The notes beneath the pieces are model-generated. The model had not been told where the DNA came from and searched no databases. It saw only the letters and a list, made by a program, of their open reading frames with translations. A DNA stretch of 32,000 nucleotides, taken from the sequence record CM123846.1; one strand, 5' to 3'. The position numbers and the translations under genes were made by a program. Numbering within the stretch: the stretch's first letter is position 1; each line of letters begins with the position of its first letter. Of this stretch, positions 11,608 through 18,589 are shown one piece after another.

Positions 11608-11677
11608 ATTTACTTTATAATTATATTTTATATAAAATACTTATATTTAGCAAATATAAATCTAAAAAAATTTTACC

Positions 11678-11710
11678 GTTTCAATGGAAGTACTTAAATT
11701 CCATTGAAAC
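11678..11710 (-). terminator. 3' stem-loop downstream of psbZ
   Basis: Perfect 12-bp inverted repeat GTTTCAATGGAA / TTCCATTGAAAC with a 9-nt loop, 7 nt past the psbZ stop. Confidence 0.55.
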
Positions 11711-11716
11711 ATAATA

Positions 11717-11905
11717 TTAAACAACGAATGAGTTTAAAATTCCTACTGCGAAGACAAGAAGGAACCAAATACCAATTCCTGAAAAAACTGCACCTTTATT
11801 ATCACTCCACCCTTCTGGAGTTGCAAAAACAACTGGTACACCAATGACTAAAAGGAATGATACAGCAATTAACGCAAATAAAGCTAATTGAAAGATAACA
11901 AGCAT
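11717..11905 (-). CDS. psbZ: Photosystem II protein Z (Ycf9)
   Basis: 62 aa: [62 protein letters not shown]. This is the canonical PsbZ pattern. Confidence 0.95.
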   Translation of the reverse strand: MLVIFQLALFALIAVSFLLVIGVPVVFATPEGWSDNKGAVFSGIGIWFLLVFAVGILNSFVV

Positions 11906-12017
11906 AGCTTTGATTTCCTTATTATTGTGAATTTTTTACTACTTTATTACTCTTAGTATACCTGATACTAATGATAATTTCTTTACCTTTTCAAATACTT
12001 TTAAAAAAATATAACAA

Positions 12018-12046
12018 TTGACACTAATTCAAATATGACATATATT
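12018..12046 (+). promoter_or_regulatory. Near-consensus sigma70-type (PEP) promoter upstream of trnG-trnH
   Basis: TTGACA (12018-12023), a 17-nt spacer, then TATATT (12041-12046). The -10 box ends 9 nt before the mature trnG 5' end at 12056. Confidence 0.5.
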
Positions 12047-12055
12047 AATTTATAT

Positions 12056-12126
12056 GCGGATATTGCATAATGGTAGTGCCCTTGCCTTCCAAGCAAGAGG
12101 TGCGGGTTCGATTCCCGCTATCCGCT
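12056..12126 (+). tRNA. trnG: tRNA-Gly (UCC), intronless
   Basis: GCGGATATTGCATAATGGTAGTGCCCTTGCCTTCCAAGCAAGAGGTGCGGGTTCGATTCCCGCTATCCGCT. The anticodon arm is CTTGC-CTTCCAA-GCAAG. Confidence 0.93.
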
Positions 12127-12147
12127 CCAACTTACTTTAAAATTTCT

Positions 12148-12220
12148 GGCGGGTGTAGCCAAGTGGTAAGGCAGTGGATTGTGACTCCACCATTCGCGGG
12201 TTCAAACCCCGTCATTCGCC
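12148..12220 (+). tRNA. trnH: tRNA-His (GUG) with encoded G-1
   Basis: GGCGGGTGTAGCCAAGTGGTAAGGCAGTGGATTGTGACTCCACCATTCGCGGGTTCAAACCCCGTCATTCGCC. The anticodon is GTG, and an extra 5' G pairs with the discriminator C. It lies 21 nt after trnG. Confidence 0.93.
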
Positions 12221-12252
12221 AATATAATATTTTTATAAACAACTTAAAAAAC

Positions 12253-12281
12253 TTGAAGGCTCTGAAATAAGTAGTTATACT
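12253..12281 (+). promoter_or_regulatory. Candidate PEP promoter of the psbEFLJ operon
   Basis: TTGAAG (12253-12258), a 17-nt spacer, then TATACT (12276-12281), about 65 nt upstream of the psbE ATG. Confidence 0.45.
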
Positions 12282-12346
12282 AAAATAAGAAACAAAATAA
12301 AAGTTTTAACTTTTTAACCTTACATACTATATAAGGAGTGTTACGC

Positions 12347-12598
12347 ATGTCTGGTGCTACAGGAGAACGCCCTTTTTCTGATATTTTAACCAGTATTCGT
12401 TACTGGGTTATTCACAGCATTACAATTCCATCATTATTTATTGCCGGTTGGTTGTTTGTGAGTACTGGTCTGGCTTACGATGTTTTTGGAAGCCCAAGAC
12501 CAAATGAATATTTTACTGAAGATCGACAATCAGCTCCGCTTATTACCGATCGTTTCAATGCATTGGAACAAGTAAAAACTTTATCTGACGTAAATTAA
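12347..12598 (+). CDS. psbE: Cytochrome b559 alpha subunit
   Basis: [61 protein letters not shown]... (83 aa). The ATG is at 12347 and is preceded by AAGGAG. The heme-ligand His lies in the RYWVIH context. Confidence 0.98.
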   Translation: MSGATGERPFSDILTSIRYWVIHSITIPSLFIAGWLFVSTGLAYDVFGSPRPNEYFTEDRQSAPLITDRFNALEQVKTLSDVN

Positions 12599-12611
12599 GC
12601 GAGATTCATAC

Positions 12612-12737
12612 ATGACTGCAAGAAAATCGTATACTTATCCAATTTTTACTGTTCGTTGGTTATCTGTACATGCATTAGCTGTACCTACTGTGTTTTTTTT
12701 AGGTGCAATTACTGCAATGCAATTTATTCAACGTTAA
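12612..12737 (+). CDS. psbF: Cytochrome b559 beta subunit
   Basis: Read directly: [41 protein letters not shown] (41 aa). Confidence 0.96.
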   Translation: MTARKSYTYPIFTVRWLSVHALAVPTVFFLGAITAMQFIQR

Positions 12738-12755
12738 GAACAAAGTGAGAGTAAT

Positions 12756-12872
12756 ATGGCGAAACCAAATCCCAATAAACAATCTGTAGAATTAAATCGT
12801 ACCAGTTTATACTGGGGTCTTTTATTAATTTTTGTATTAGCGGTTTTATTCTCTAGTTATATTTTTAATTAA
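12756..12872 (+). CDS. psbL: Photosystem II protein L
   Basis: Read directly: [38 protein letters not shown] (38 aa). Confidence 0.96.
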
Positions 12873-12903
12873 AAATTAGCTTTTAATATTAATTTCGCTA
12901 CTA

Positions 12904-12934
12904 GTACTTTTTAATAAAATTTATTAAAAAGTAC
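12904..12934 (+). repeat. 31-nt perfect palindrome inside the psbL-psbJ spacer
   Basis: GTACTTTTTAATAAA a TTTATTAAAAAGTAC (15-bp arms). It sits in a 90-nt spacer, whereas the psbE-F and psbF-L spacers are 13 and 18 nt. Confidence 0.6.
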
Positions 12935-12962
12935 AATTATGGTATATCAAGGAGATATAGAT

Positions 12963-13091
12963 ATGTCTAATACTGGCACAACTGGTCGTATTCCATTATG
13001 GCTTGTTGGTGTTGTTGTTGGAACAGCAGCAATTACATTACTAGGTGTTTTCTTCTATGGTTCTTACGTAGGTTTAGGTTCTTCATTATAA
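12963..13091 (+). CDS. psbJ: Photosystem II protein J
   Basis: Read directly: [42 protein letters not shown] (42 aa). AAGGAGA lies 7-13 nt upstream. Confidence 0.95.
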   Translation: MSNTGTTGRIPLWLVGVVVGTAAITLLGVFFYGSYVGLGSSL

Positions 13092-13148
13092 AGCCCTATA
13101 TTAAAACTACAATATAACCATATATAAATACTTTTCGTGTTTTTTTTA

Positions 13149-13177
13149 TTATGCTCGTACTATTAGTACGAGCATAA
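13149..13177. terminator. Shared hairpin between convergent psbJ and the ftsH-like ORF
   Basis: TTATGCTCGTACT att AGTACGAGCATAA, a perfect 13-bp, relatively GC-rich stem. The right arm ends 1 nt before the stop codon of the minus-strand ORF (13178-13180). A T-run precedes it on the plus strand. Confidence 0.6.
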
Positions 13178-16100
13178 TTAATTATATAATTTACGACTTT
13201 TTTGACGACGAGAATTTTTTCCCCAATTTGAATTAATTTTTGTTAACGGTTGGGAACTTTTTTTTCTAGTTTTCAAAGTAGAAATAATTTTTTCGATTTC
13301 GGGTTTTCGAATAATTTCATCTTTTAATAGTTTAAAAACTAAAAAATCTAAAATTTCACGATTACAATCTAATAATTGTAATGCAACATTATAACTTTGT
13401 AGCATTAATGAATTTAATAGATATGTTTTAGAATTTTGAAGTTCTGAATTCCAATTTTGATTATCAGCATTAGTCCTTAAATACATATTATTTTGATAAT
13501 ATTTATCAGGCGGAATCCACTCTAAATTACGTTCAATTTGCTGTGGATCTGGTAAATAAATTCGATACCAATCAGTAAATAAACGTGTTGAAAATTCAAA
13601 TTCTGACGAAATCTGAGCTTGCCAGATTGCAGTTGAAAAAAAAGTTTGTGCTTGGTGTTGAATTAGTGTATCTATTTCACCACTAGTAGCAATAGTTGGA
13701 AATTCGTCTATTTCATTTTTTAACTTCATTTCATTCTTCTCTGCTAATTGCGCAAAACCTATTAATTCATCTTCATGGCCAAAGTATTCTTTTTGATTAA
13801 AATTCGATAAAAGTTCACTTTCGTTTTGAATACTAATTGTTTTGGTATATAAGTGCCAATTATTAACCATTAAATTACTTAAATTTTGTGCAAAATTGAT
13901 ATCTTCCACTCCTAAATCTGATAAATTCATTTGTGAGGCACAATTTTCCAGAAATAAAATTTCTGCTGCTTTTCCTCCATAACAAGCAATTAAACGTTCT
14001 TCTAATTCAGAACGATGGGCTAATTTTAAAAAATACGTTTGTAAATTTTTATTAATTTGTGTAGCACGAATATTTGAACGTCGAGGCCATAAATGAGTAA
14101 TTAAAACATCTGGATACTCTGGTAATAATAAACTAATTAATAGTTTACCAACTTGGTAATAAGCTAATTGAACAATTTCTAAATTTGTTTTCTTTAATGA
14201 AACAGGTTGTTCAAATCCAATTGTTGTTGTTCGCTCAATTCCAAATTCAATTGTTTCAATTGTATGATTTGTTGAGTTTAAAATAGCTGATAACGTTGAT
14301 TGGTTCATAATACTAGAAATATCAGCAGAACTAAACCCAACTGTACGATCAATTAAATAATTCCAATTTATTTGAGTGTCATAACCTAAATTTCGACTAT
14401 ATAATTTAAAAATTTCTTCACGTTTCTCTGCATTTGGTAAACCAATTTCTAAAATACGATCAAATCGACCTGGTCGTAATACAGCAGGGTCTAATATTTC
14501 AGGTCGATTTGTTGCACCAATCACAACAACCCCACTTCGACTTTGAATACCATCTAATTCAATTAAAAATTGCATTAAAATTCGAAGTTTTTCTTTATAG
14601 GTTTCATGTTGGCTGGAATCTGATCCTGAATTTTCTGTTTTAATTTGATTTGTTGTTAATGATTCTAAAATTTCATCCGCACCCATTGGATTTTGTAATA
14701 CTTGTTCACGCTTCTCTGCTAATGTATCAATTTCATCAATAAAGACAATGCAAGGCGCTAATTGACGTGCTTCTTGAAAAACTAATTCTAATTTTAATGC
14801 TCCAGATTCACCAGGTTCTAATAAAGAACTACCTGATAAAGCAATGACTGGTACTTCAGCTTCACCAGCAATTGCTTGTACTAATAAAGTTTTACCAGTT
14901 CCTGGTGGTCCAGTTAGTAAAATACCACGTGGAATAATTTGACTTAATGAAAAATTACGGCCAGAATTTCGAAGAAACCAAATAATTTCAATGATTTCAG
15001 GTATTAAATGTTTAATCCCTCCAATATTATTAAAGTTTTTATTAGTTTTTTTCAAAATACGAAAACCTTTTTCTTTCTGACCCATTAAGATTTCAATTTC
15101 TTGTTTTAGCTCTTCATCGACAAATCCAAGTAATGCAACTAAATCTAATAAATAAACTAATAGTTCACGACCATAATTATCCGCTAATGCTTTTAACGTT
15201 TTAAATACTAAAAATGCAAATCCAATTTGTGCTGTTACTAACCAAGATTTAAATGTTAAAGGTTCCCATAATGTTTTAAATAGAGTTGTACTATTTTTTG
15301 GAGTTAATATTGATGGAATATACTGATATATTCCATTTGTTAAAAATTCTCGTGTAAAATCATCATTTAACGAAGCTGTATTTTGTTGTATATAATGCGT
15401 TTTTATTTTTGCATTTATAAAATTAGGTTTAATTGTAGCAGTATTTATTAAATAAGATTGATGTCTATTTTGAGTTGAAATATTAGATTGTAAAATAGGT
15501 AATGATAAATTTACTTTTCCTTCTGCTGATGAATCCAGTAATGAATTTATTTTTGTTATTGAAAAATAAGGAAATTGTAAAATATTTTTGTTAGGAATAC
15601 CAACAATATTTGATTGAATGAAATTTCCAGTTTTAAAAACCGGTAAATTATTCAACCAATATAAATTTAAATCTAATGGGTTCTGAATAGGAAATTCAGA
15701 TAAATTTTTAGATGAATCAAATAAACCAAAAAAATTATTTAAGGGTTGTGTAGAAACAAAAATTGAATTTAAAAAATTTTTTAGCCAAATCCTAAATTTT
15801 ATTTGTTGTTGACTGTTTTCAAATTTCCAATCAAACCCAGTTTGAGAATCAACTAAACTTGTTGGGCCTGAATATAATAATTGAAATGGAGAATTATCAT
15901 CAATTTCAACAAGTGATGTTTGAATTAAAAATTTTGGTGAGATTGGTAACACTTGTTTAATTTTTTCATTAGTTAAATAACTAAATGGTAATTTAATTTC
16001 AAATGTATCATTTGTGACATTATTAATTGCGGTTGTTGAAAATTGAACTAATTTATCTGGGTATAAATATCCCGACATTAAACGAGTGGGTAAGACTTTC

Positions 16101-16870
16101 AATGAATCAGATTTAATTTGCTTAGTAATTAATTCAGTATAAAATTTGGGTATTTGAGTTTGTAAAAATTTTTTCCTTTCAAATTTATTTTGAATAGGTA
16201 AATTAGATTTAAATTTATAAACCCCCTTTATAGTATTTAAATTACTAATATTATTAGTAATATTTACTATATTTAAATCTGTATTTAAAATTGATAATTT
16301 TTTATTACAATTAATTTGAATTGGTTGAATTGAATTTAATTCATTTGTTATATTATTGCTTTGTAATTTAAAAGGTAATAAATCAAGAATTAAGTTATTT
16401 TCAATTGTACGATTATAAGTTAGGGAATAACTTTCATTATTTTTTCTATCAAAAATACTACTCTTATAGTTATACGAAGAATTTAAAAAGCGTCGATTTT
16501 TTTTATCCGATTGAATTAATAGGCTTTGATTATTCCAATATATACTCGAATTGGGTATATTTATATGTTTCAATAATATAAATGTATCCCAATTTATTTG
16601 TTCTGGAGTAAGTTTTAACCCTGGTAAATTTTTATGAAAAAAATATTTTCGTTGAATTGAAACGTATTGAGTATTAATATACTGATTAAAGCCAAATAAA
16701 AAAGGTATTAAACTGACTAAAATAGCTAAACTTGGTTGGCGTGATATTAATTGGGTACGGGTATTTAGTCTATGATTAATAATTTGAATTTTTAAAGGAT
16801 TAACAAAATCAATCCAAAATTTGATAAATTTTGATGAAAATTTTGTTTCGTTAAATTTGTCTCTATGCAT
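13178..16870 (-). CDS. ftsH: FtsH-like AAA+ protein (plastid ftsH / Ycf2-FtsHi-type) with a degenerate protease motif
   Basis: 1230 aa. The AAA motifs present are Walker A GPPGTGKT (nt 14888-14911), Walker B VFIDEID (14726-14746) and the SRH segment GATNRPEILDPAVLRPGRFDR. The AYHEAGHA-equivalent reads AYYQVGKL. The N-terminal ~540 aa and the C-terminal tail are low-complexity and N/S/K/I/Q-rich. Confidence 0.85.
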   Translation of the reverse strand: MHRDKFNETKFSSKFIKFWIDFVNPLKIQIINHRLNTRTQLISRQPSLAILVSLIPFLFGFNQYINTQYVSIQRKYFFHKNLPGLKLTPEQINWDTFILLKHINIPNSSIYWNNQSLLIQSDKKNRRFLNSSYNYKSSIFDRKNNESYSLTYNRTIENNLILDLLPFKLQSNNITNELNSIQPIQINCNKKLSILNTDLNIVNITNNISNLNTIKGVYKFKSNLPIQNKFERKKFLQTQIPKFYTELITKQIKSDSLKVLPTRLMSGYLYPDKLVQFSTTAINNVTNDTFEIKLPFSYLTNEKIKQVLPISPKFLIQTSLVEIDDNSPFQLLYSGPTSLVDSQTGFDWKFENSQQQIKFRIWLKNFLNSIFVSTQPLNNFFGLFDSSKNLSEFPIQNPLDLNLYWLNNLPVFKTGNFIQSNIVGIPNKNILQFPYFSITKINSLLDSSAEGKVNLSLPILQSNISTQNRHQSYLINTATIKPNFINAKIKTHYIQQNTASLNDDFTREFLTNGIYQYIPSILTPKNSTTLFKTLWEPLTFKSWLVTAQIGFAFLVFKTLKALADNYGRELLVYLLDLVALLGFVDEELKQEIEILMGQKEKGFRILKKTNKNFNNIGGIKHLIPEIIEIIWFLRNSGRNFSLSQIIPRGILLTGPPGTGKTLLVQAIAGEAEVPVIALSGSSLLEPGESGALKLELVFQEARQLAPCIVFIDEIDTLAEKREQVLQNPMGADEILESLTTNQIKTENSGSDSSQHETYKEKLRILMQFLIELDGIQSRSGVVVIGATNRPEILDPAVLRPGRFDRILEIGLPNAEKREEIFKLYSRNLGYDTQINWNYLIDRTVGFSSADISSIMNQSTLSAILNSTNHTIETIEFGIERTTTIGFEQPVSLKKTNLEIVQLAYYQVGKLLISLLLPEYPDVLITHLWPRRSNIRATQINKNLQTYFLKLAHRSELEERLIACYGGKAAEILFLENCASQMNLSDLGVEDINFAQNLSNLMVNNWHLYTKTISIQNESELLSNFNQKEYFGHEDELIGFAQLAEKNEMKLKNEIDEFPTIATSGEIDTLIQHQAQTFFSTAIWQAQISSEFEFSTRLFTDWYRIYLPDPQQIERNLEWIPPDKYYQNNMYLRTNADNQNWNSELQNSKTYLLNSLMLQSYNVALQLLDCNREILDFLVFKLLKDEIIRKPEIEKIISTLKTRKKSSQPLTKINSNWGKNSRRQKSRKLYN

Positions 16871-17017
16871 AGAATTTTAAGTAATTAATTTCTGTTGACG
16901 ACTATATAATATAGTTATATTAAATTTATTTTATTTATATATACATTATACATGATAATTGAATAGTTTTAAATACAAAATGACTAGCTAGTTGATTAAA
17001 ACTAACTAATCAAAAAT

Positions 17018-18169
17018 TTATTTGTTAAATGATGAACGTAATTTAAATTGATTTTGATTTAACCAATTAATTTGTGTTGTTTTCTTAGTCGCTAATTCTA
17101 GCGTATGCTCAAGTGATGTTGTTTTTGTCAAATCTATGTTTGAAATATTGAATACATTTAATAATGATTCAAACTCTTGAATAAATGTATTATATGCATC
17201 GCTATTAGGTTTTGAAATTAAACGTCTAAAGCGTTCTTCTTGCACTTTTGTTAATGAGCCACGTTGGCCATATAAAATTTTTCCATGAGTTTTAAGTGGT
17301 GCTTCTTTATACAATGTAATTGTTTCTGATAAAGCTTGTTTTAAAAATGAACGTGGAATAATTAAATCTAACAAACCATGATGTAACAAATATTCAGATG
17401 TTTGGAAGTCATCTGGTAATTGTTCTTGTAATGTTTGTTCAATAACACGACGACCAGCAAATCCAATCAATGCTTTTGGTTCAGCAAAAATTAAATCCCC
17501 TAACATAGCAAAACTAGCGGTTACGCCACCTGTTGTAGGCGAAGTTAATACAGCAATATAAAGTAATTTCGCACAATTTTGATGGACATGTAAAGCGGCT
17601 GAAATTTTTGCCATTTGCATTAAACTAAAAATCCCTTCTTGCATACGAGCTCCACCAGATGCACAAACTAAAATTAAAGGCAAACCTTGATGTGTTGCAT
17701 ATTCAATTAAGCGAGTAATTTTTTCGCCAACAACGGACCCCATACTACCTCCCATAAAATTAAAATCCATAACACCTAATGCAACTGGTATTCCATCTAA
17801 TAAACCAGTTCCTGTTTGAATACCATCTTGTAATCCAGTGCGTTCTTGAGCTTCTTTTAATCGTTCAGTATATGCTTTTTGATCTTTGAATTCTAATGGG
17901 TCTCCTGGTGATAAAGTTTCATTAATAGGATGCCAAGTATTCGCATCAATCAAATGTTCAATACGTTCTGAACTTGTCATTTGTAAATGAAAACCACAAC
18001 CAAAACAAACCCGTTGATTTTCTTTTAAATGTTTAATGTATAAAATAACACCACAATGATCACAACGAGTCCATAATCCTTGAGTTGTATTTGAATCAGT
18101 TTTTTTATACTTCGGTGCATTTAATAATTTTAATTTTCTTTGTTCTTCAATCCATGATAATATCGACAT
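17018..18169 (-). CDS. accD: Acetyl-CoA carboxylase carboxyltransferase beta subunit
   Basis: 383 aa. It has the zinc finger [26 protein letters not shown] and the conserved CT core ([19 protein letters not shown]..., GGARMQEG). About 90 non-conserved residues follow the core at the C-terminus. Confidence 0.95.
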   Translation of the reverse strand: MSILSWIEEQRKLKLLNAPKYKKTDSNTTQGLWTRCDHCGVILYIKHLKENQRVCFGCGFHLQMTSSERIEHLIDANTWHPINETLSPGDPLEFKDQKAYTERLKEAQERTGLQDGIQTGTGLLDGIPVALGVMDFNFMGGSMGSVVGEKITRLIEYATHQGLPLILVCASGGARMQEGIFSLMQMAKISAALHVHQNCAKLLYIAVLTSPTTGGVTASFAMLGDLIFAEPKALIGFAGRRVIEQTLQEQLPDDFQTSEYLLHHGLLDLIIPRSFLKQALSETITLYKEAPLKTHGKILYGQRGSLTKVQEERFRRLISKPNSDAYNTFIQEFESLLNVFNISNIDLTKTTSLEHTLELATKKTTQINWLNQNQFKLRSSFNK

Positions 18170-18256
18170 ATTATATCTCCGATTAATATATTTTTTTTAT
18201 TAGAAGCGAATCGGATTTTTTTTTGAACCCGATTCATAGGATAAAGCAAATTACTT

Positions 18257-18367
18257 TTAATTGATTGCATCTTGTTCAATATAAATAAATAATGATGCCA
18301 TTGCAACCGCTGGAAAAACAAGTCCTGTTAAAGGAACTAAAATACTTGGTAATAATTGTGCACTCAT
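18257..18367 (-). CDS. psaI: Photosystem I subunit VIII
   Basis: Read directly from the minus strand: [36 protein letters not shown] (36 aa). This matches the PsaI core LPSI.VPL.GL.FPA.AMA.LF. It lies 87 nt upstream of accD on the same strand. Confidence 0.9.
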   Translation of the reverse strand: MSAQLLPSILVPLTGLVFPAVAMASLFIYIEQDAIN

Positions 18368-18442
18368 AAAAAAAAAGATATATATAATTATATATATATT
18401 ATATATATAAGTAGATGAAATAAAAAGTGTTTTCGTGTGTTT

Positions 18443-18515
18443 TAGGCCCTACCGGATTCGAACCGATGACCCGCTGCTTGTAAGGCAGCTGCTCTACCAA
18501 CTGAGCTAAAGGCCT
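18443..18515 (-). tRNA. trnV: tRNA-Val (UAC), intronless
   Basis: The reverse complement is AGGCCTTTAGCTCAGTTGGTAGAGCAGCTGCCTTACAAGCAGCGGGTCATCGGTTCGAATCCGGTAGGGCCTA. The anticodon arm is GCTGC-CTTACAA-GCAGC. Confidence 0.92.
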
Positions 18516-18526
18516 TTGTAAATATA

Positions 18527-18555
18527 AGTATAATATAGATCTTTATACTTTGCAA
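18527..18555 (-). promoter_or_regulatory. Candidate PEP promoter of trnV, embedded in the rpoC2 3' hairpin
   Basis: On the minus strand: TTGCAA (18550-18555), a 17-nt spacer, then TATACT (18527-18532). The -10 box ends 11 nt before the tRNA 5' end at 18515. Confidence 0.4.
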
Positions 18556-18573
18556 GTTTTAAAGATCTATATT
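18532..18573 (-). terminator. 3' stem-loop downstream of rpoC2
   Basis: Perfect 14-bp inverted repeat AATATAGATCTTTA (18532-18545) / TAAAGATCTATATT (18560-18573) with a 14-nt loop, 17 nt past the rpoC2 stop. Confidence 0.55.
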
Positions 18574-18589
18574 AACTTAGTATACAGTT

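Noticed and set aside
11625-11653. TTGCTA-N17-TAAAAT on the minus strand upstream of trnK as a fourth tRNA promoter.
   Set aside because: Both hexamers are weak (4/6) and the -10 is an unremarkable A/T hexamer. It lies 17 nt from the tRNA, unlike the 9-11 nt seen at trnQ, trnG and trnV. This is not strong enough to report as a feature.
12127-12129. A genomically encoded CCA immediately after the trnG discriminator base.
   Set aside because: Only one of the seven tRNA genes shows it; the other six are followed by AAT, ATT or AAA. The chance of CCA occurring once among seven is roughly 10 percent, so it is treated as coincidence.
12070-12270. 66-aa plus-strand ORF.
   Set aside because: It is a read-through of the trnG and trnH genes. 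Structured GC-richer tRNA DNA simply lacks stops.
14434-14643. 69-aa plus-strand ORF.
   Set aside because: It is antisense to the AAA domain of the ftsH-like gene.
18130-18321. 63-aa minus-strand ORF upstream of accD.
   Set aside because: It overlaps the accD start and the 3' part of psaI in another frame. The true small gene here is psaI (18257-18367), read directly.
18378-18410. An (AT)n-like microsatellite between psaI and trnV, possibly a promoter or a replication-slippage hotspot.
   Set aside because: It is an imperfect, low-complexity AT run typical of these spacers. Many overlapping TATAAT-like hexamers occur but there is no -35 partner, so no specific call is justified.
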